DNA of 64,000 nucleotides from Okamejei kenojei. Taxonomy: Eukaryota. The notes under the pieces are model-generated. The model did not search any database, was not told the origin of the DNA, and saw nothing but the letters and a program-made list of their open reading frames with translations. Positions within the stretch are counted from its first letter, which is position 1, and every line of letters begins with the position of its first letter. Positions 61,461-64,000 of the stretch are shown piece after piece. The position numbers and the translations under genes were made by a program. The DNA lies in assembly GCA_035221665.1 (NCBI GenBank), contig CM069158.1, forward strand, positions 19,902,001 through 19,966,000, read 5' to 3'.

Positions 61461-63084
61461 GTCCCACATCTCACTCATGTCCCACCATCCTCACATCCTA
61501 CCTACCCCGCCCCTACGCCTCACATTCCCAACCCAACCCAAAGTCCCCATTATCCCACGAGCTGTCCCCATATCCCACCCACCTCTACCCCACTGACCCT
61601 CATCCCACCACGCCCCAACTTGCTCACATGGTGCCCCCGCCCCTCCCCAGTCTCCTCGCTGCACACCAGCCCGCCTCCATCTGTACTTTCCTACCCCTTT
61701 CCTCTGTTGTGACAAAATATAATTGGTTTTAAACTGAAGGCTAAGGAATGGGCAATGTGTGAGAGTGCTTAGGAGTTGTATACTTAAAAAGGGACTGTGG
61801 ATTTAATTATTATTGAACCAGATGAGTTAATGACAATCTGAGACCAGCTTTTATAGCTACAATGTGACGGGATGTAGAGAGTGAGCCTCGGAATGTGACC
61901 ATAAATAGGTAAAGTATTAATTGGGACAATTTTGGGATTAGAATTTGCTTGATTGGAATTGTGTGTCAGGTAGGTTATATGGGGCCAATGAGTACGGTAG
62001 AATAACAGGTTTAAAATGCCAGGTCAGCCGAGAGAAAAGTCAGAATATGGCACCTTCCATTACTTTTACTTTTCTCACTCTGGTACTCCCGGGAATGTGT
62101 GTACAATAAGGTTTCTGCAGATCTCCTGTACCTTGGGATGGTTGGAGTGGACCGAACAAAGGTTTTCACCTTCATCCACCCAGATGGATTGTGGTGGATT
62201 GATTTGATTGCCTCGATTTGGGGAGTACGGCTTCCCCATATGTGGCTGGTGGGAAGCTTGTTCCATGTGGATGTTAGTATTGTGCTCCACTGACTGTCTT
62301 GTGGTCAGTGGGAGCAGGCAGTGGGTTGATTCAGTTATGTTCCTGAATGTCATCTGTCTGTGATTGTGCTGTTTGTAGGATCATAGCTTGCACGCGTTGA
62401 TATTTTATTTCTGTGTTACAACAATGATATCTGTCTTGAAACACTGCAATGTTCTAGAGTTTGTGAGTGATAGTATAGGGGGAAAAATATATATTTTATA
62501 TACGGAACACCTATTGCCCAAGGGTCAACGATCTACAATTACCTTTGTTAGTATGGTACAGAGAATAAACCAGTTTACAAAAAGTGCAATAATGTAGCCG
62601 TGAAGTTACTGTAAACAGCAAGACTTCAGGAGCAGTGATTCCAAACATAGTTTCAAATCCCACTGTGACGGCTTTAAAATTTAACTTCAAACAAATCTAC
62701 AATTTAGAACCAAAAGCAGGTGTCAGATTGTCATAAACCGGTTCACTAATATTCTTCAAGGAAATAAATCTCCCTTACCTGATCTATTCTTTATGCTACT
62801 TCTCTGCGACCTATGTGGTTGTTGTTCTCTCAATTACCTCCGTTTGAGGCAGTGGATAATAAATGCATATGTCTACCTGAATGGGGAGCTGATCCTTAGT
62901 TTAATACCTAGCTTATGTTCAACAATTTCTGAAGCTTTGCAACAAATGAATAGGTAATGGCCATTCAGCCACTAGAGCCATTGTTCATCATTTATAATTT
63001 CATACCAAGCACAACATACCAAGCTATCTGTGAAGCCAGAGTGATCACTGCTGTCCTGTAGGTTTTTGAGACATGAACTACGAT

Positions 63085-64000
63085 ACGATATGGTAACGAC
63101 ACGATAGAACTTTATTTATCCCAGGAGGGAAATTGATCTACCAACAGTCATAAAACACAAAATACATGAAACATGAAATTAAAGTATCAAGTGGGTAGGA
63201 TTTAGGATGTGCAAATATTGGGGGGGGGGTCAGTCTACCCCATGACAGAAGGTGGAGGAGTTGTACAGTTTGATAACCACAGGGAAGAAGGATCTCCTGT
63301 GGTGTTTTGTCCTGCATTTTGGTGGAACTAATCTGTTGCTGAAGGCACTCCTCAGGTTGACCAGTGTGTCATGGAGAGGGTGAGCAGTATTGTCCAAGAT
63401 GTTCTGCGTTTTGAAGAGCATCCTCCCCTTCAAGTCCACCTCCCATGAGCCTAACTCCACCCCCAGGATGGAGCCAGCCATCTTTATGAGTTTGTTAATC
63501 CTATTGGCGTCCGCGGCGTTCACACTACTGCCCCAGCACACGACAGCTGGTGATGGCAGTCGCTACCACCGATTGGTCGAACACCTACAGCATCTTACTG
63601 CAGATGTTGAAGGAGCGGAGTCTTCTCAAAAAGTACAGCCGGCTCTGTCCCTTCTTGTACAGGGCCTCAGCATTCCTGGACCAGACCAGTTTACTGTCCA
63701 GGTACACTCCAAGGTATTTGTGCTCCCTGGTAAACTGCACATCCACACCGTTGATGGAGACAGGGGTGTTCCTCTCCTAGAGTCCGCTACTAACTCCTTA
63801 GTCTTGTCGGTGTTGAGCTGCAGTTGATTCAGCCCACACCACTCAATAAAGTCATTAACTACACCTCTGTATTCAGCTTCCCTCACCTCGCTGATGCAAC
63901 CCACAATTGCAGAGTCATCTGAAAACTTCTGCAGGAGGCGGGAGTCCAAGTTATATCTGAAGTCCGAAGTGTAGATAGTGAACAGGAAGGGAGAGAGGAC
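63085..64000 (-). mobile_element. Rex1/Babar-like LINE 3' portion (disrupted RT), running off the window
   Basis: LQKFSDDSAIVGCIS..EYRGVVNDFIEWC..LQLNTDKTKELV; CWGSS; HPLH...RRSFFPVVIKLYN; AATAAA and a short-repeat tail. Confidence 0.85.

Noticed and set aside
60063-61712. 549-aa Pro/His-rich ORF and the overlapping Gly/Trp-rich antisense ORFs
   Set aside because: Only the first 14 codons are AP1M1, followed by a strong GT donor; the rest is a stop-poor minisatellite.

Overview
Eukaryotic (vertebrate) genomic DNA. The repeat families (CR1/HER1-type LINE ends, tRNA-derived HE1-like SINEs, Penelope-derived short repeats) point to a cartilaginous fish, probably a skate or ray; this is inference. 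Five intron-containing genes could be reconstructed by hand: (1) the last coding exon and long 3' UTR of a paralemmin with a CaaX end (+); (2) a complete cystinosin-like gene with 10 coding exons (-, 376 aa, one GC-AG intron); (3) a complete 6-exon RING/B-box1/B-box2/coiled-coil/B30.2 TRIM gene (+, 511 aa); (4) a complete FAM32A (+, 113 aa); (5) exon 1 of AP1M1 (+). The rest is mostly CR1, L1, Rex1/Babar, L2-like and Penelope remnants, SINEs, a Harbinger-type MITE and minisatellites. The best leads are a cystinosin gene outside the usual SHPK-CTNS-TAX1BP3 neighbourhood, with few glycosylation sequons and an altered sorting tail (candidate second paralogue); many Penelope-derived units carrying a minimal hammerhead-ribozyme-like core, one with a 16-bp target duplication and several as inverted pairs; an L1 insertion with a ~52-bp target-site duplication; and a TRIM whose RING lacks flanking helices. 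No prokaryotic-type system (CRISPR, operon) is present. Most ORFs in the supplied track are spurious. Repeat boundaries are approximate and no database search was run.
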